From an uncultured Gemmatimonadales bacterium (lineage in GTDB: Bacteria; Gemmatimonadota; Gemmatimonadetes; Longimicrobiales; RSA9), in contig CAWAMW010000016.1 of assembly GCA_963783305.1 (NCBI GenBank), positions 512,001 to 576,000 of the forward strand: 64,000 nt of DNA, read 5' to 3'. The translations under genes and the position numbers were made by a program. The notes under the pieces were generated by a model that saw nothing but the letters and a program-made list of their open reading frames with translations, did not search any database and was not told the DNA's origin. Every line of letters starts with the position of its first letter. Position 1 is the stretch's first letter. Of this stretch, positions 32,209 to 42,025 are shown in pieces.

Positions 32209-33390
32209 ATGACCGACACAACGCCCCACCCTCCGAGCCGCGGCTCGACCCACGGCCCCTCGACGTCGGGCATCCATGCGGCCGCCCCCGACCGTGAGCC
32301 TGGCTCGCCCGTGGTACCCCCCCTCGTGGCCAGCTCGACGTACTTCAATTCACCTGGGTCGCAGGGAGAGGTGCTCTACGGCCGGTATGCCAATAGCGAC
32401 GCGCACCGGCGGGTCGGCGCCAGAATCGCGGCGCTCGAGGACGCGGAGGCCGGCCTCGTCTGCGGCAGTGGCATGGCCGCCATTTCCCTCGCGGTGCTCA
32501 CGTTCGCCGGGTCCGGCGACCACATCGTGGCCGCCCGCTCCCTCTACGGCGGCACCCGCACCCTCCTGGATCGTGAGCTCCCGCGACTCGGAATCCGGAC
32601 CACGTTCGTGGACGCGGACGCCGACTGGGGCGCGGCGATCCTGCCGGAGACGCGAGTGCTGTACCTGGAGGTGCCGGTGAACCCGACCCTCCGCGTGCCC
32701 GACATCCGGCCCGTGGCGCGAGCGGCGAGGAATGCCGGCGTGCCACTGATCGTGGACGCGACCTTTGCCACCCCCATCAATTTCCGTCCCCTCGAGCACG
32801 GCGCAGACCTGGTCGTCCACAGCGCCACAAAGTATCTCGGGGGCCACTCCGATCTGGTGGCCGGCGCTCTCGCGGGCCGCGCCGAGACGATCGAAGTGGC
32901 GAGAGAGCGCCTGAAGTCGTTCGGGCCGAGCCTGGACCCGCACCCCCTCTGGCTCCTGGAGCGCGGGCTCAAGACCCTGGCCGTGCGCGTCCGGCAGCAG
33001 AACAGGAGCGCGCACAAGCTCGCGAGCTGGCTCGCCGGACACCCAGCGGTCGAGCGCGTCCACTACCCCGGACTGCTCGACCACCCCGACGCCGCTGTCG
33101 CCGCGGAGCTGTTCGACGGGTTCGGCGGGATGCTGGGATTCGTCGTCCGCGGGGGGGACGCGGCCGCCAGTCGTGTCATGAGCCGGTTCGCCCTCATCGC
33201 CATGGCTCCCAGCCTCGGGGGTGTGGAGTCCCTGGCTTCGATGCCCCGTTTCACCTCCCACGCAGCCATGTCCGCCGAGGAGCGCCATGCCGCCGGGATC
33301 GCCGATGGATTCATCCGCCTGTCCGTCGGCATCGAGGACGAGCCGGACCTCCGGGCCGACCTCCAGCGGGCGCTGGAGGAGGGGGGCTGA
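32209..33390 (+). CDS. Cys/Met metabolism PLP-dependent enzyme (trans-sulfuration family lyase)
   Basis: SGMAAI, YGGT, VDATFATP, HSATKYLGGHSD, SLGGVESL, RLSVGIED. Confidence 0.9.
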   Translation: MTDTTPHPPSRGSTHGPSTSGIHAAAPDREPGSPVVPPLVASSTYFNSPGSQGEVLYGRYANSDAHRRVGARIAALEDAEAGLVCGSGMAAISLAVLTFAGSGDHIVAARSLYGGTRTLLDRELPRLGIRTTFVDADADWGAAILPETRVLYLEVPVNPTLRVPDIRPVARAARNAGVPLIVDATFATPINFRPLEHGADLVVHSATKYLGGHSDLVAGALAGRAETIEVARERLKSFGPSLDPHPLWLLERGLKTLAVRVRQQNRSAHKLASWLAGHPAVERVHYPGLLDHPDAAVAAELFDGFGGMLGFVVRGGDAAASRVMSRFALIAMAPSLGGVESLASMPRFTSHAAMSAEERHAAGIADGFIRLSVGIEDEPDLRADLQRALEEGG

Positions 33391-33406
33391 CTCGCTCCCG
33401 GGATCC

Positions 33407-35767
33407 GTGCGCAAGCTCCTCGTTGCTCTTCTCGTCCTTCTCGGCACTGCCGGGCTCCTCGTCGCGGCCGCCGTGCTCTATCTCCACTCCGCGGAGGTCG
33501 AGCGAGATGGAGCCATCGCCGCGGTCGGGCTGACCGCACCCGCCGAGGTCCTCTGGACGCCCCATGGCGTCCCCCACGTCTGGGCCGCCTCCACCCGCGA
33601 CGCCGTCTTCACACAGGGCTTCCTGCACGCCCGGGACCGGCTCTGGCAGATGGACCTGGTGCGCCGTGCCGTGGAGGGCCGCCTGTCCGAGGTGATGGGG
33701 GCCGCCGCCCTCGAAACTGACCGGTTCATGCGACGGCTCGGGCTCTGGGACGCCGCCCGCTCGGGCGTGCCGCTCCTGACCGCCGCCGAGCGCGATCTCA
33801 TGCAGGCGTATGCCGACGGCGTGAACGCCGCCCTCCAGTCGCGGGATGGCGCCCTTCCGCCCGAGTTCCTCGCCCTGCGCTACAGCCCCGAGCCGTGGCG
33901 CATCGAGCATACGCTGGCCGTGGGCAAGATGATGTCCCTCACACTGGCCGCGTACGGCGAGTCCGTTTCCGTGGCAAGGGCGCTCCGCCGGATCGAGCCG
34001 GACCGCGTCCCGTGGCTCTTCCCGGACTTCCCGGAATGGGGCGCCACCATCCTCTCCAACGGGCTGCCCGAGCCGCCCGCCACCCCCGCGCTGGCCGCCG
34101 CTCTCATCGACCGATACAGTGTGGCGGCCGCGTCCAACTCGTGGGTCGTGCACGGGAGCTTGACCCGCTCCGGTCGGCCCCTCCTCGCCAACGACATGCA
34201 CCTCGAGCTCCAGGCCCCGGCGCTCTGGTATCTCGTGGCCCTCCACGCCCCGGCCGCCGCGGGTCAACCGGCGCTGGACGTGGTCGGCGTCAGCATTCCC
34301 GGCGCTCCGTTCGTGATCACCGGCCGCAACCGCGCTGTCTCCTGGGGCATGACCAACGCGTACGTCGACGACGTCGACCTCTTCATGGAGCGCGTCGACC
34401 CCGCCGATTCCACTCGGTATCTCACCCCGGACGGCAGTCGGCCGTTTGAGGTGGTTGCCGAGACCATTCAGGTGAAGGGGCGGGAAGCGCCGGAGATCCT
34501 GAAAGTGAGAAGGACTCGGCACGGGCCGATTCTTCCGACCTCCACGGACGCCTCGGGGGACACCCTGCTGGCGCTCCAGTGGACGGCCCTCACGCCCGGC
34601 GGCACCGGCGTACGGGGGGTCATGGGCTTCAACCTGTCCCACGACTGGGACTCCTTCGCCGCGGCCGTGGACGACATGGAGGACCCGCACCAGAATCTGG
34701 TCTACGCCGACACTGCCGGGCACATCGGCTACATCATGGGCGGCTCCGTGCCGATCCGTGGCGAACGGAGCAATGCCACGGTCGCGCCACAGCCCGGCTG
34801 GACCGGTGAGCACGACTGGCACGGTACTCTCCCGTTCGAGGAGCATCCTCGCGCGCTGGATCCCCCGGAAGGGTTCATCGTCACCGCCAACAACCGGCAG
34901 GTCGCGGGACCCCTCGCCGGGATCATCAGCCAGACCTGGAATGAGCCCTTCCGCGCGCTGCGGATCGCCGAGATGATCCGCGAGGGGCCGCCGCCCTACG
35001 ACAGCGACGCCATGCTGCGTATGCAGATGGACGTACTGGACCTCCAGGCCCGGCGCTACGTCGACCGGGCGGTTGAAGCCGCGGTCACCGCGGAGCTACA
35101 CGAAGCCGCGGAGCTCCTCGGCCAGTGGGATCTCTCGGCCAGCGGAGATTCCCGCGCTGCCGCCATCTTCTACGCCTGGAACGAGATCCTGCGCCGATCG
35201 CTCGCACGGGATCTCTACCGCGGCGATTCCGCGTACTTCCCCCGCACTACGGTCAGCGCCGTGCTCGACCGCCGCGCCATTCCGTGGGCTGAGGACCCGG
35301 AGCGCAGCTACCGTGCACTCGCCTCCGACGCCATGCGGGGCGCGGTCGAGGCGGCCGGCGGACGGCGCTGGAGCGACGCCAATCGCGCGGTCCACAGCCA
35401 CGCCCTCGGCGACGTGAAGATCCTGGACTGGCTGCTCGGACTCGATATCGGGCCGTTCCCTCACTATGGCTCACCATCCACCGTGAACGTCGCCCACTGG
35501 GCCTTCCGGTCCCCCGCGTCGGACTTCCCGTTCACCACCACCGCCGGCCCCAGCATGCGCCAGGTCATCGACATGGGGAACACCGAGGGCGCCGGCGGGT
35601 TCGTCATCCCCACGGGACAGAGCGGCCTCCCCTTCAGCCCGCGGTACGACGACCAGCTTCCACTGTGGCGGGAGGGCGAGCTGCTGACCCTGCCCCTGGA
35701 GCGGTCGGCCGTGGAAGCCATGGCCGAGCATCGAATGACACTGGAGCCCCACACGAGGGATGATTGA
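33407..35767 (+). CDS. Penicillin acylase family (S45 Ntn hydrolase), membrane-anchored
   Basis: GVPHV, ARDRLWQMD, ASNSWV (N-terminal nucleophile Ser), LANDMHL, PTGQSG. Confidence 0.92.
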   Translation: MRKLLVALLVLLGTAGLLVAAAVLYLHSAEVERDGAIAAVGLTAPAEVLWTPHGVPHVWAASTRDAVFTQGFLHARDRLWQMDLVRRAVEGRLSEVMGAAALETDRFMRRLGLWDAARSGVPLLTAAERDLMQAYADGVNAALQSRDGALPPEFLALRYSPEPWRIEHTLAVGKMMSLTLAAYGESVSVARALRRIEPDRVPWLFPDFPEWGATILSNGLPEPPATPALAAALIDRYSVAAASNSWVVHGSLTRSGRPLLANDMHLELQAPALWYLVALHAPAAAGQPALDVVGVSIPGAPFVITGRNRAVSWGMTNAYVDDVDLFMERVDPADSTRYLTPDGSRPFEVVAETIQVKGREAPEILKVRRTRHGPILPTSTDASGDTLLALQWTALTPGGTGVRGVMGFNLSHDWDSFAAAVDDMEDPHQNLVYADTAGHIGYIMGGSVPIRGERSNATVAPQPGWTGEHDWHGTLPFEEHPRALDPPEGFIVTANNRQVAGPLAGIISQTWNEPFRALRIAEMIREGPPPYDSDAMLRMQMDVLDLQARRYVDRAVEAAVTAELHEAAELLGQWDLSASGDSRAAAIFYAWNEILRRSLARDLYRGDSAYFPRTTVSAVLDRRAIPWAEDPERSYRALASDAMRGAVEAAGGRRWSDANRAVHSHALGDVKILDWLLGLDIGPFPHYGSPSTVNVAHWAFRSPASDFPFTTTAGPSMRQVIDMGNTEGAGGFVIPTGQSGLPFSPRYDDQLPLWREGELLTLPLERSAVEAMAEHRMTLEPHTRDD

Positions 35768-36851
35768 AGATACGCTCGACCTGGCCATCGTTGGCGCCGG
35801 CCCCTGTGGTCTCAGCGCCGCCGTGGCCGCCGCTCAGGCAGGACTGACCGCCGCCGTGTTCGACAAGGGCTGCCTGGCCCGCTCCATCACCCTGTATCCC
35901 ACCTACGCCACCTTCTTCAGTACGGCCGAGCGACTTGAGATCGGCGACATGCCCTTCATCACGCCGGGGGACAAACCGACCCGCATGGACGCACTCAAGT
36001 ACTACCGGCGCGTGGCGGTAGAGTACGAGCTGGATGTGCGTCAGTACGAGGAGGTGCTCTCCATCGCGGGCGCGAAAGACCAGTTCGTCCTCGAGACCCG
36101 TGGCCGCGGACGTGACCGCCAGGTGCGGGCGCGGAACGTCCTCTTTGCCACCGGCTACGCGGGACAGCCCAACCTCATCGGCATCCCGGGCGAGGAGCTG
36201 TCGAAGGTGCACCACTACTTTACCGAAGCCCACCCCTATTTCGATCAGGACGTGGTGGTGATCGGGGCCGGCAACTCCGCGGTGGAGGCCGCGCTGGACT
36301 GCTATCGCGCCGGCGCCCGCGTGACGCTCGTCCACTTCCTCGACCACCTCGACCGCGGCGTCAAGCCGTGGATCCTGCCGGATATCGAGAATCGGCTGAA
36401 GAACGGCGAGATCGAGGGGCTCTGGAATACCCACGTCATCGAGATCCTTCCCGACCGGATCCGGATCCGCGACGATGCGTCGGGTGAGGAGTCGGAGCTC
36501 GAGAACGATTTCGTCCTCGCCATGACTGGCTATCGGCCGGACCCGACACTCCTCGCGGGTGTGGGCGTCACCATCGGCGGCGACACCGGGATTCCGGCGC
36601 ACGACCCGGAGACGATGGAGACGGACGTCCCCGGAATATTCGTCGCTGGCGTTCTGGCGGCGGGGAACCGCCCCGACAAGGTCTTCATCGAGGACGGCCG
36701 CCACCACGGGCCGCTCACGGTCCGGCAGATCCTGAGGGAGCGGGACCAGCGGCCGAGATCTCCGATATCGCTGGGCGTTCCGCCGAGCGTCCGGGCGCAG
36801 GATCCGGAGGCGGACGGGATCCGGCAGGAGGGCCCCCCGTCGCCGCGTTGA
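35760..36851 (+). CDS. ypdA: YpdA-family putative bacillithiol disulfide reductase
   Basis: GAGPCG, YPTYATFFST, ALKYYRRV, HYFTEAHPY, GAGNSA, VKPWILPD, FIEDGRHH; no CxxC. Confidence 0.85.
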   Translation: MIEDTLDLAIVGAGPCGLSAAVAAAQAGLTAAVFDKGCLARSITLYPTYATFFSTAERLEIGDMPFITPGDKPTRMDALKYYRRVAVEYELDVRQYEEVLSIAGAKDQFVLETRGRGRDRQVRARNVLFATGYAGQPNLIGIPGEELSKVHHYFTEAHPYFDQDVVVIGAGNSAVEAALDCYRAGARVTLVHFLDHLDRGVKPWILPDIENRLKNGEIEGLWNTHVIEILPDRIRIRDDASGEESELENDFVLAMTGYRPDPTLLAGVGVTIGGDTGIPAHDPETMETDVPGIFVAGVLAAGNRPDKVFIEDGRHHGPLTVRQILRERDQRPRSPISLGVPPSVRAQDPEADGIRQEGPPSPR

Positions 36852-36932
36852 CGCTGCCGTTATCATCCCCCTAGCTTTCCCGTTGGCCACGCGGAGAACT
36901 TCCTGGGTGCACTCATAGAGAAGGGCTGGATC

Positions 36933-38528
36933 ATGGCGACACAGACCAAGCTTCCGGTGGGGATCGAGGGTTTCAGCAACGAGCCGTACGAAGACTGGAA
37001 CGACGCGGACAATGTGCGTCGGATGGAGGCCGCACTGGAGAAGGTCCGCTCCGAGCTGGGGCAGACCTATCCGCTCATCGTGGATGGTGATGAGATCCAC
37101 GAGGGCGACGTGAAGGAGTCCATCAATCCGGCGAACCCGTCCCAGGTGATCGGGCGCTTCGTCCAGGCCGACCGGGCGCAGGGCGACCGCGCGGTCGACG
37201 CCGCCCACGAGTTCTTCACCAGCGAGTGGAGCCGCACGTCCGCCGAGGAGCGTGGCCGCATCTTCATGCGCGCCGCCGACATCATGCGCGAGCGGAAGCT
37301 CGAGCTCGCCGCGTGGATGGTCTTCGAGGTATCGAAGAGCTGGACGGAGGCCGTCGCCGACGCCGCCGAGCTCATCGATTTCGTCGACTATTACGCCCGC
37401 AAGATGCTCGAGCTCTCCGGTGAGCAGGAGGTCGTTCCGTTTCCCGGCGAGAACAACGAGCTGATCTACGTGCCGCTCGGCGTCGTGCTGGTGATCCCGC
37501 CGTGGAACTTCCCGGCCGCCATCATGGGCGGGATGAGCAGCGCCGCTCTGGTCACCGGCAACACGGTGGTGCTCAAGCCGGCCTCCACGGCCCCGGCCAT
37601 CGCCTGGCAGTTCGTCAAGATCCTGCACGAGGCCGGGGTGCCCAGGAAGGCGATCAGCTTTCTGCCGGGCCCGGGCAGCCAGATCGGCGACTCCCTCGTC
37701 GATCATCCGAAGACCCGCATGATTGCCTTCACTGGCTCCAAGGAGGTGGGGCTCCGCATCTTCGAGCGCGCCTCGAAGGTCAGTCCCGGCCAGATCTGGC
37801 TCAAGCGCACCATTCTGGAGATGGGCGGCAAGGACGCCCAGATCGTGGACGAGACCGCCGACCTCGACGCCGCGGCCGACGCAATCGTCGCCGGGGCCTT
37901 CGGGTTCCAGGGCCAGAAGTGTTCGGCGTGCTCCCGCGCCATCGTCGTCGAGGCCGTCTACGACGAGGTGCTGGAGAAGGCCGTGGCGAAGGCGAAAGAG
38001 TTGACGCAGGGCGACACGACCCGGAAGGGGACCTTCATGGGCGCCGTGATCGACAAGAGCGCGTTCCGGAGCATCCGCGAGTACATCGAGATCGGGAAGA
38101 AGGAAGGGCGCCTGGTGCTCGGCGGTGACGTGGATGAGTCCAGGGAGGGATACTTCATTCCCCCCACGATCATTGCCGATGTGGACCCGGACGCCCGGAT
38201 CGCGCAGGAAGAGATCTTCGGTCCCGTGGTCGCGTTCATCAAGGCCCGCGACTTCGATCACGCGCTGGAGATCGCCAATGGCACCGAGTACGGCCTCACC
38301 GGCGGCGTCTTCTCCTGCTCCCGTGAGCGCCTCGAGCGTGCGAAGAAGGAGTTCCAGGTCGGGAACCTGTACTTCAACCGAAAGATCACGGGCGCCCTCG
38401 TGGGCGTTCAGCCCTTCGGCGGCTTCAACATGAGCGGCACCAACTCCAAGGCCGGTGGCCCGGACTACCTGCTGCTGTTCACGCAAGCCAAGGCGGTCGC
38501 CGAGCGCAAGCGCGACGACGTCAGCTGA
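36933..38528 (+). CDS. pruA: 1-pyrroline-5-carboxylate (L-glutamate gamma-semialdehyde) dehydrogenase
   Basis: FSNEP, PPWNFP, FTGSKEVG, EMGGKD, FQGQKCSACSR, QPFGGFNMSGT, GGPDYLL. Confidence 0.93.
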   Translation: MATQTKLPVGIEGFSNEPYEDWNDADNVRRMEAALEKVRSELGQTYPLIVDGDEIHEGDVKESINPANPSQVIGRFVQADRAQGDRAVDAAHEFFTSEWSRTSAEERGRIFMRAADIMRERKLELAAWMVFEVSKSWTEAVADAAELIDFVDYYARKMLELSGEQEVVPFPGENNELIYVPLGVVLVIPPWNFPAAIMGGMSSAALVTGNTVVLKPASTAPAIAWQFVKILHEAGVPRKAISFLPGPGSQIGDSLVDHPKTRMIAFTGSKEVGLRIFERASKVSPGQIWLKRTILEMGGKDAQIVDETADLDAAADAIVAGAFGFQGQKCSACSRAIVVEAVYDEVLEKAVAKAKELTQGDTTRKGTFMGAVIDKSAFRSIREYIEIGKKEGRLVLGGDVDESREGYFIPPTIIADVDPDARIAQEEIFGPVVAFIKARDFDHALEIANGTEYGLTGGVFSCSRERLERAKKEFQVGNLYFNRKITGALVGVQPFGGFNMSGTNSKAGGPDYLLLFTQAKAVAERKRDDVS

Positions 38529-38668
38529 CGCGCTACACGCCAACGAACGCGGGACAGCCCGTGGACCGGGACCCGGTGCCGCACAGCGGTGCCGGGAACT
38601 CTCGGCACCCGGTGGGTAGAATCCTCAGGCAATCCGACGGGCGGGCGGATCAACACGAAGGAGCCGGT

Positions 38669-38899
38669 ATGCAGCCGCGGGAACAGATCCTGGAGGTGCT
38701 GGAGTCGATCCGGCCCGCCCTTCACAGTGACGGGGGAGATGTCGAGTTCATCGACTTCGACGCCGCGGCCGGCGTGCTCCAGCTGCGGTTCCTCGGCGCG
38801 TGCGGCGACTGCCCCATCTCCGAGGTGACCCTCCGCCAGGGCATCGAGCGACGAATCCTGTCGGCGGTCCCCGAGGTACGCGAGGTGCGCGCCTTCTGA
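38669..38899 (+). CDS. NifU/Nfu-type Fe-S scaffold (single domain)
   Basis: IRPALHSDGGDVE, GACGDCP, TLRQGIE; AAGGAG RBS. Confidence 0.9.
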   Translation: MQPREQILEVLESIRPALHSDGGDVEFIDFDAAAGVLQLRFLGACGDCPISEVTLRQGIERRILSAVPEVREVRAF

Positions 38900-38936
38900 G
38901 GGCCGCGCGTGTGCTGAACTGAGTCGAGTACGGATG

Positions 38937-38971
38937 CGGCCGGCGACCTCTCGGGGACGCCGGCCGTTCTT
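38937..38971 (+). terminator. Possible intrinsic terminator after the Nfu gene
   Basis: CGGCCGGCG/CGCCGGCCG stem followed by TTCTT. Confidence 0.45.
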
Positions 38972-39003
38972 CACATACACACACTGAACCACAGAGTCAG
39001 ACC

Positions 39004-40113
39004 ATGAACGCGAGTCTCGAAACAAGGGTCAGGGCGGCCCTCGACGGGGTGATCAGCCCCGCCACCGGCCAGAGCGTGCTGGTGAACCAGATCGAGGAGC
39101 TGACCATCGCCGAAGGCGTGGTTTCTTTCGGCTTCGCACTCGGCGCGGAGGACCCCGGCACCCTGGTGAGGGATACCCGGGCGGCGGTGGAATCCGTGGA
39201 GGGGGTGGAGCGGGTCAAGATCGACGTTCGCCTCCCGCAGACCATGCAGGCGCAGGCTCAGAACCAGCGGCAGGCGCCCCAGCGGCAGAAGGCACCGGGC
39301 TCGGTTCCCGCCCCCACACCCAAGGCGGGACTCCTGCCCGGTGTGGAGCACTTCATCGCCGTGAGCTCCGGCAAGGGCGGGGTGGGGAAGTCCACCGTCG
39401 CCGCCAATCTCGCCGTCGCGCTCGCGAAAGAGGGCAGGACCGTGGGGCTCCTGGATGCCGATATCTACGGCCCCAACATCCCAATCATGTTCGGCGAGAA
39501 GCGACGCCCGCAGGTGACCGGCGCGAAGGGGCAGGAACGGATCGTCCCCCTCCAGGCGCACGGGGTGAAGCTCATGAGCCTCGGGTTCCTGCTGGAGGAG
39601 GAGCAGCCGGCGATCATGCGGGGTCCGCTCGTCACGGGCGTGCTGAAGCAGTTCCTGGAGCAGGTGGAGTGGGGCGATCTGGATGTGCTGGTCATCGACC
39701 TGCCCCCCGGCACCGGCGACGCCCAGCTGTCTCTCGTTCAGACCATCGACCTGGACGGCGCGGTGATGGTCACCACCCCACAGGACGTGTCCACCGGGGA
39801 CGTGCGACGGGCGATCCGGATGTTCGAGCGGGTCAACACGGATGTACTCGGGATCATCGAAAACATGAGTGGCTTCGTCTGTCCCGGCTGTGGGGATCGG
39901 CACGAGATCTTCGGCTCGGGCGGCGGCAGGACGCTGGCGGAGACGATGGATGTGGCCTTCCTCGGAGAGGTGCCGCTGGATACCGCCGTGCGGACGGCCG
40001 GCGATACCGGCCAACCCACCGCGCTGTCCGCTCCGGACTCTCCCGCCGGTCGCGCGTTCAACGAGATCGCCGCGCGCATCCTCCGCCTCGTGGAGGAGGG
40101 CGTCACGGTGTGA
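39004..40113 (+). CDS. apbC: Mrp/NBP35 (ApbC) Fe-S carrier ATPase
   Basis: SGKGGVGKST, DADIYGP, DLPPGTGD, IENMS, CPGC. Confidence 0.93.
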   Translation: MNASLETRVRAALDGVISPATGQSVLVNQIEELTIAEGVVSFGFALGAEDPGTLVRDTRAAVESVEGVERVKIDVRLPQTMQAQAQNQRQAPQRQKAPGSVPAPTPKAGLLPGVEHFIAVSSGKGGVGKSTVAANLAVALAKEGRTVGLLDADIYGPNIPIMFGEKRRPQVTGAKGQERIVPLQAHGVKLMSLGFLLEEEQPAIMRGPLVTGVLKQFLEQVEWGDLDVLVIDLPPGTGDAQLSLVQTIDLDGAVMVTTPQDVSTGDVRRAIRMFERVNTDVLGIIENMSGFVCPGCGDRHEIFGSGGGRTLAETMDVAFLGEVPLDTAVRTAGDTGQPTALSAPDSPAGRAFNEIAARILRLVEEGVTV

Positions 40114-40886
40114 GCGCACCGCGTGTAACGCTCCTCACCGATTTCGGAACCCAGGACGGCTACGCCGCGGCGATGGCGGGAGTCATCGCCGCGGCGGCTC
40201 CCGGTTCGATCATCGACCACGCCAGCCACGACATCCCCCAGGGCGATATCCTCGGCGCCAGCCTCACGCTCTCACGCTACGCATTCCTATATCCGGCAGG
40301 CACCGTGCACCTGGTGGTGGTGGATCCGGGTGTCGGTACAGGTCGGCGTGCCCTGGCAGCGGCCGCCGGGGGGCGGCTCTTCGTGGCACCGGACAACGGG
40401 GTGCTCACGCGTGTGATTCGCCACACCGGTGACGTACGTCTGGTCCGGCTGGACCGCCCCCCCATGGCCACCGACCCGAGCATTTCCGCCACCTTCCACG
40501 GACGCGACGTCTTCGCGCCGGCGGCCGGGCGTCTCGCATCCGGTGCACCCCTGGAAGCGCTGGGTGCAGCCACCGAGAACCCCGTCCTCCTCCCCCACCC
40601 AGAGCCGACGCGGAATGGGGCCTCGGTGGCGGGGGAGGTGATCCAGGTGGACCGCTTCGGCAATCTGATCACCAACATTCCACGGGACTGCCTCGCCCAG
40701 ACGGCGCGCGTCTCCGTAGAGGGGCGGTACGTGGGTCCGCTCCGGCGCACTTACGGCGACGTGGAGCAGGGGGCGTTGGTGGCGCTCGTGGGCTCTCTGG
40801 GGCTGCTCGAGGTGTCGGTACGAGACGGCAGCGCCGCGGCTCGACTGGACGTCGGCCGCGGCGCTGCAGTCACCGTCGGAGGCTGA
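40110..40886 (+). CDS. SAM hydroxide adenosyltransferase (DUF62 family)
   Basis: LLTDFG, HLVVVDPGVG, APDNG, TFHGRD, DRFGNLITN; GTG overlaps apbC stop. Confidence 0.9.
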   Translation: MSAPRVTLLTDFGTQDGYAAAMAGVIAAAAPGSIIDHASHDIPQGDILGASLTLSRYAFLYPAGTVHLVVVDPGVGTGRRALAAAAGGRLFVAPDNGVLTRVIRHTGDVRLVRLDRPPMATDPSISATFHGRDVFAPAAGRLASGAPLEALGAATENPVLLPHPEPTRNGASVAGEVIQVDRFGNLITNIPRDCLAQTARVSVEGRYVGPLRRTYGDVEQGALVALVGSLGLLEVSVRDGSAAARLDVGRGAAVTVGG

Positions 40887-40931
40887 CCGGCATCCGCTCA
40901 GCGGAAAGCCATTTGAACGAGTGGGACGTCC

Positions 40932-41159
40932 TCAGCTCTCCAGCCAGTCCCGGTCCGCCTGCGTGAGGCGCCGCCGCCGCGGCGCGAACAGGCGCATCGC
41001 CACGTATCCGATCAGTGCGAGAGGCGCCACAGTGAAGAGCAGGAACTTCGCGAGGCCGAGCGCCAGCCCGAACACCGCACCCACCAGGGCCAGCACGATG
41101 GAGATCCCCACCACGGCCACGAGGCCCACGATCACGAAGGTCAGCAGAGATGACAGCAT
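40932..41159 (-). CDS. Small hydrophobic membrane protein (75 aa)
   Basis: MLSSLLTF... two TM segments, basic tail; GAGGAGG RBS; last gene of the ECF operon. Confidence 0.75.
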   Translation of the reverse strand: MLSSLLTFVIVGLVAVVGISIVLALVGAVFGLALGLAKFLLFTVAPLALIGYVAMRLFAPRRRRLTQADRDWLES

Positions 41160-41173
41160 AATTCCTCCTCGTT

Positions 41174-42025
41174 CTACGGTGCGACCGTTGCCGGAGCGAT
41201 CCAGCGGACGTCGATGGTGCCGAACGCGCCCTCGACCTTCACGGTGAGGTGGTGTTCGGCGGTCTCCCAGTTCTGGGAGTAGTGACTCCCGTCCCTCTTG
41301 TGGAAGCCGGTACCGTTGAAATCGGCGAGGAAGGTATCCTTGTCGACCCGGACTCCCACGTTCTCGGGCACGCGCAGCGTCAGACTGCCCAGTGCGATGG
41401 TCACCTCCGCGGCCATGTCGCGCTGCCAGGCACCCGAGAAATCCAGCGTGAGATCGCCCACGCCCCCTTCGGCCCTGACCCGGGCGCAGTTCGCGTTGCC
41501 GAGGCCCCGTGCCTCCAGCGCCGCGGCACCCATCTGGATCCGCAGCGACTCGCACGCCACGCGGTTCGGCTCCGAGAACCGGATCTCAGTCTCGCTCGCG
41601 CCCGTTTCAATGTCGGCGCGCGCCAGCCTGAGGCCGCCCAGCTCGATATCGGCCTCCACCGCACCGAAATCGAGGTCCAGGTCGAGCGGGACGTCCGGCG
41701 ACAGCGCAAGCTTCATCTTCCCGGATTCCGTGTTCCGGATCTTGATCCCCTTCCCGCGGCCCTCGACCCCCACCTCCAGACGACCGCTACGGTAATCCGT
41801 CACCGGTTCGAACGTGTCCGAGTCGTAGCGGATGTCGGTGCGGTAGAGCTCCCCGGCCCCGCCCGGCAGGATCGACAGCATGCCGGCGCCATAGCGTACG
41901 TGCACGTCCAGGCGGGACTCCTGCGCGCGCTGCCGGAAGGACGTCACGTTCCTCCAGTCCTGAGCGCGGGCCTGAACCGGGACCATGCCCAGTGCCAGCC
42001 CGGCGATCAGCATTTGCCTAAACAT
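41174..42025 (-). CDS. Exported beta-rich 'toast rack'/LiaF-DUF4097-like protein
   Basis: Signal peptide; repeated GAG/GAV/GAS/GAA/GVG/LGS/FGT beta-strand units. Confidence 0.7.
   Translation of the reverse strand: MFRQMLIAGLALGMVPVQARAQDWRNVTSFRQRAQESRLDVHVRYGAGMLSILPGGAGELYRTDIRYDSDTFEPVTDYRSGRLEVGVEGRGKGIKIRNTESGKMKLALSPDVPLDLDLDFGAVEADIELGGLRLARADIETGASETEIRFSEPNRVACESLRIQMGAAALEARGLGNANCARVRAEGGVGDLTLDFSGAWQRDMAAEVTIALGSLTLRVPENVGVRVDKDTFLADFNGTGFHKRDGSHYSQNWETAEHHLTVKVEGAFGTIDVRWIAPATVAP

Noticed and set aside
35634..38543. 969-aa minus-strand ORF and similar long ORFs (e.g. 7540..9093, 26167..27702, 50299..52200, 54201..56210, 55807..57597, 58651..60561)
   Set aside because: They are antisense shadows of well-supported genes in high-GC DNA and show no recognisable motifs
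40110..40886. Possible fluorinase or chlorinase
   Set aside because: It has the TFHGRD motif of the hydroxide-using DUF62 hydrolases and there is no biosynthetic cluster around it
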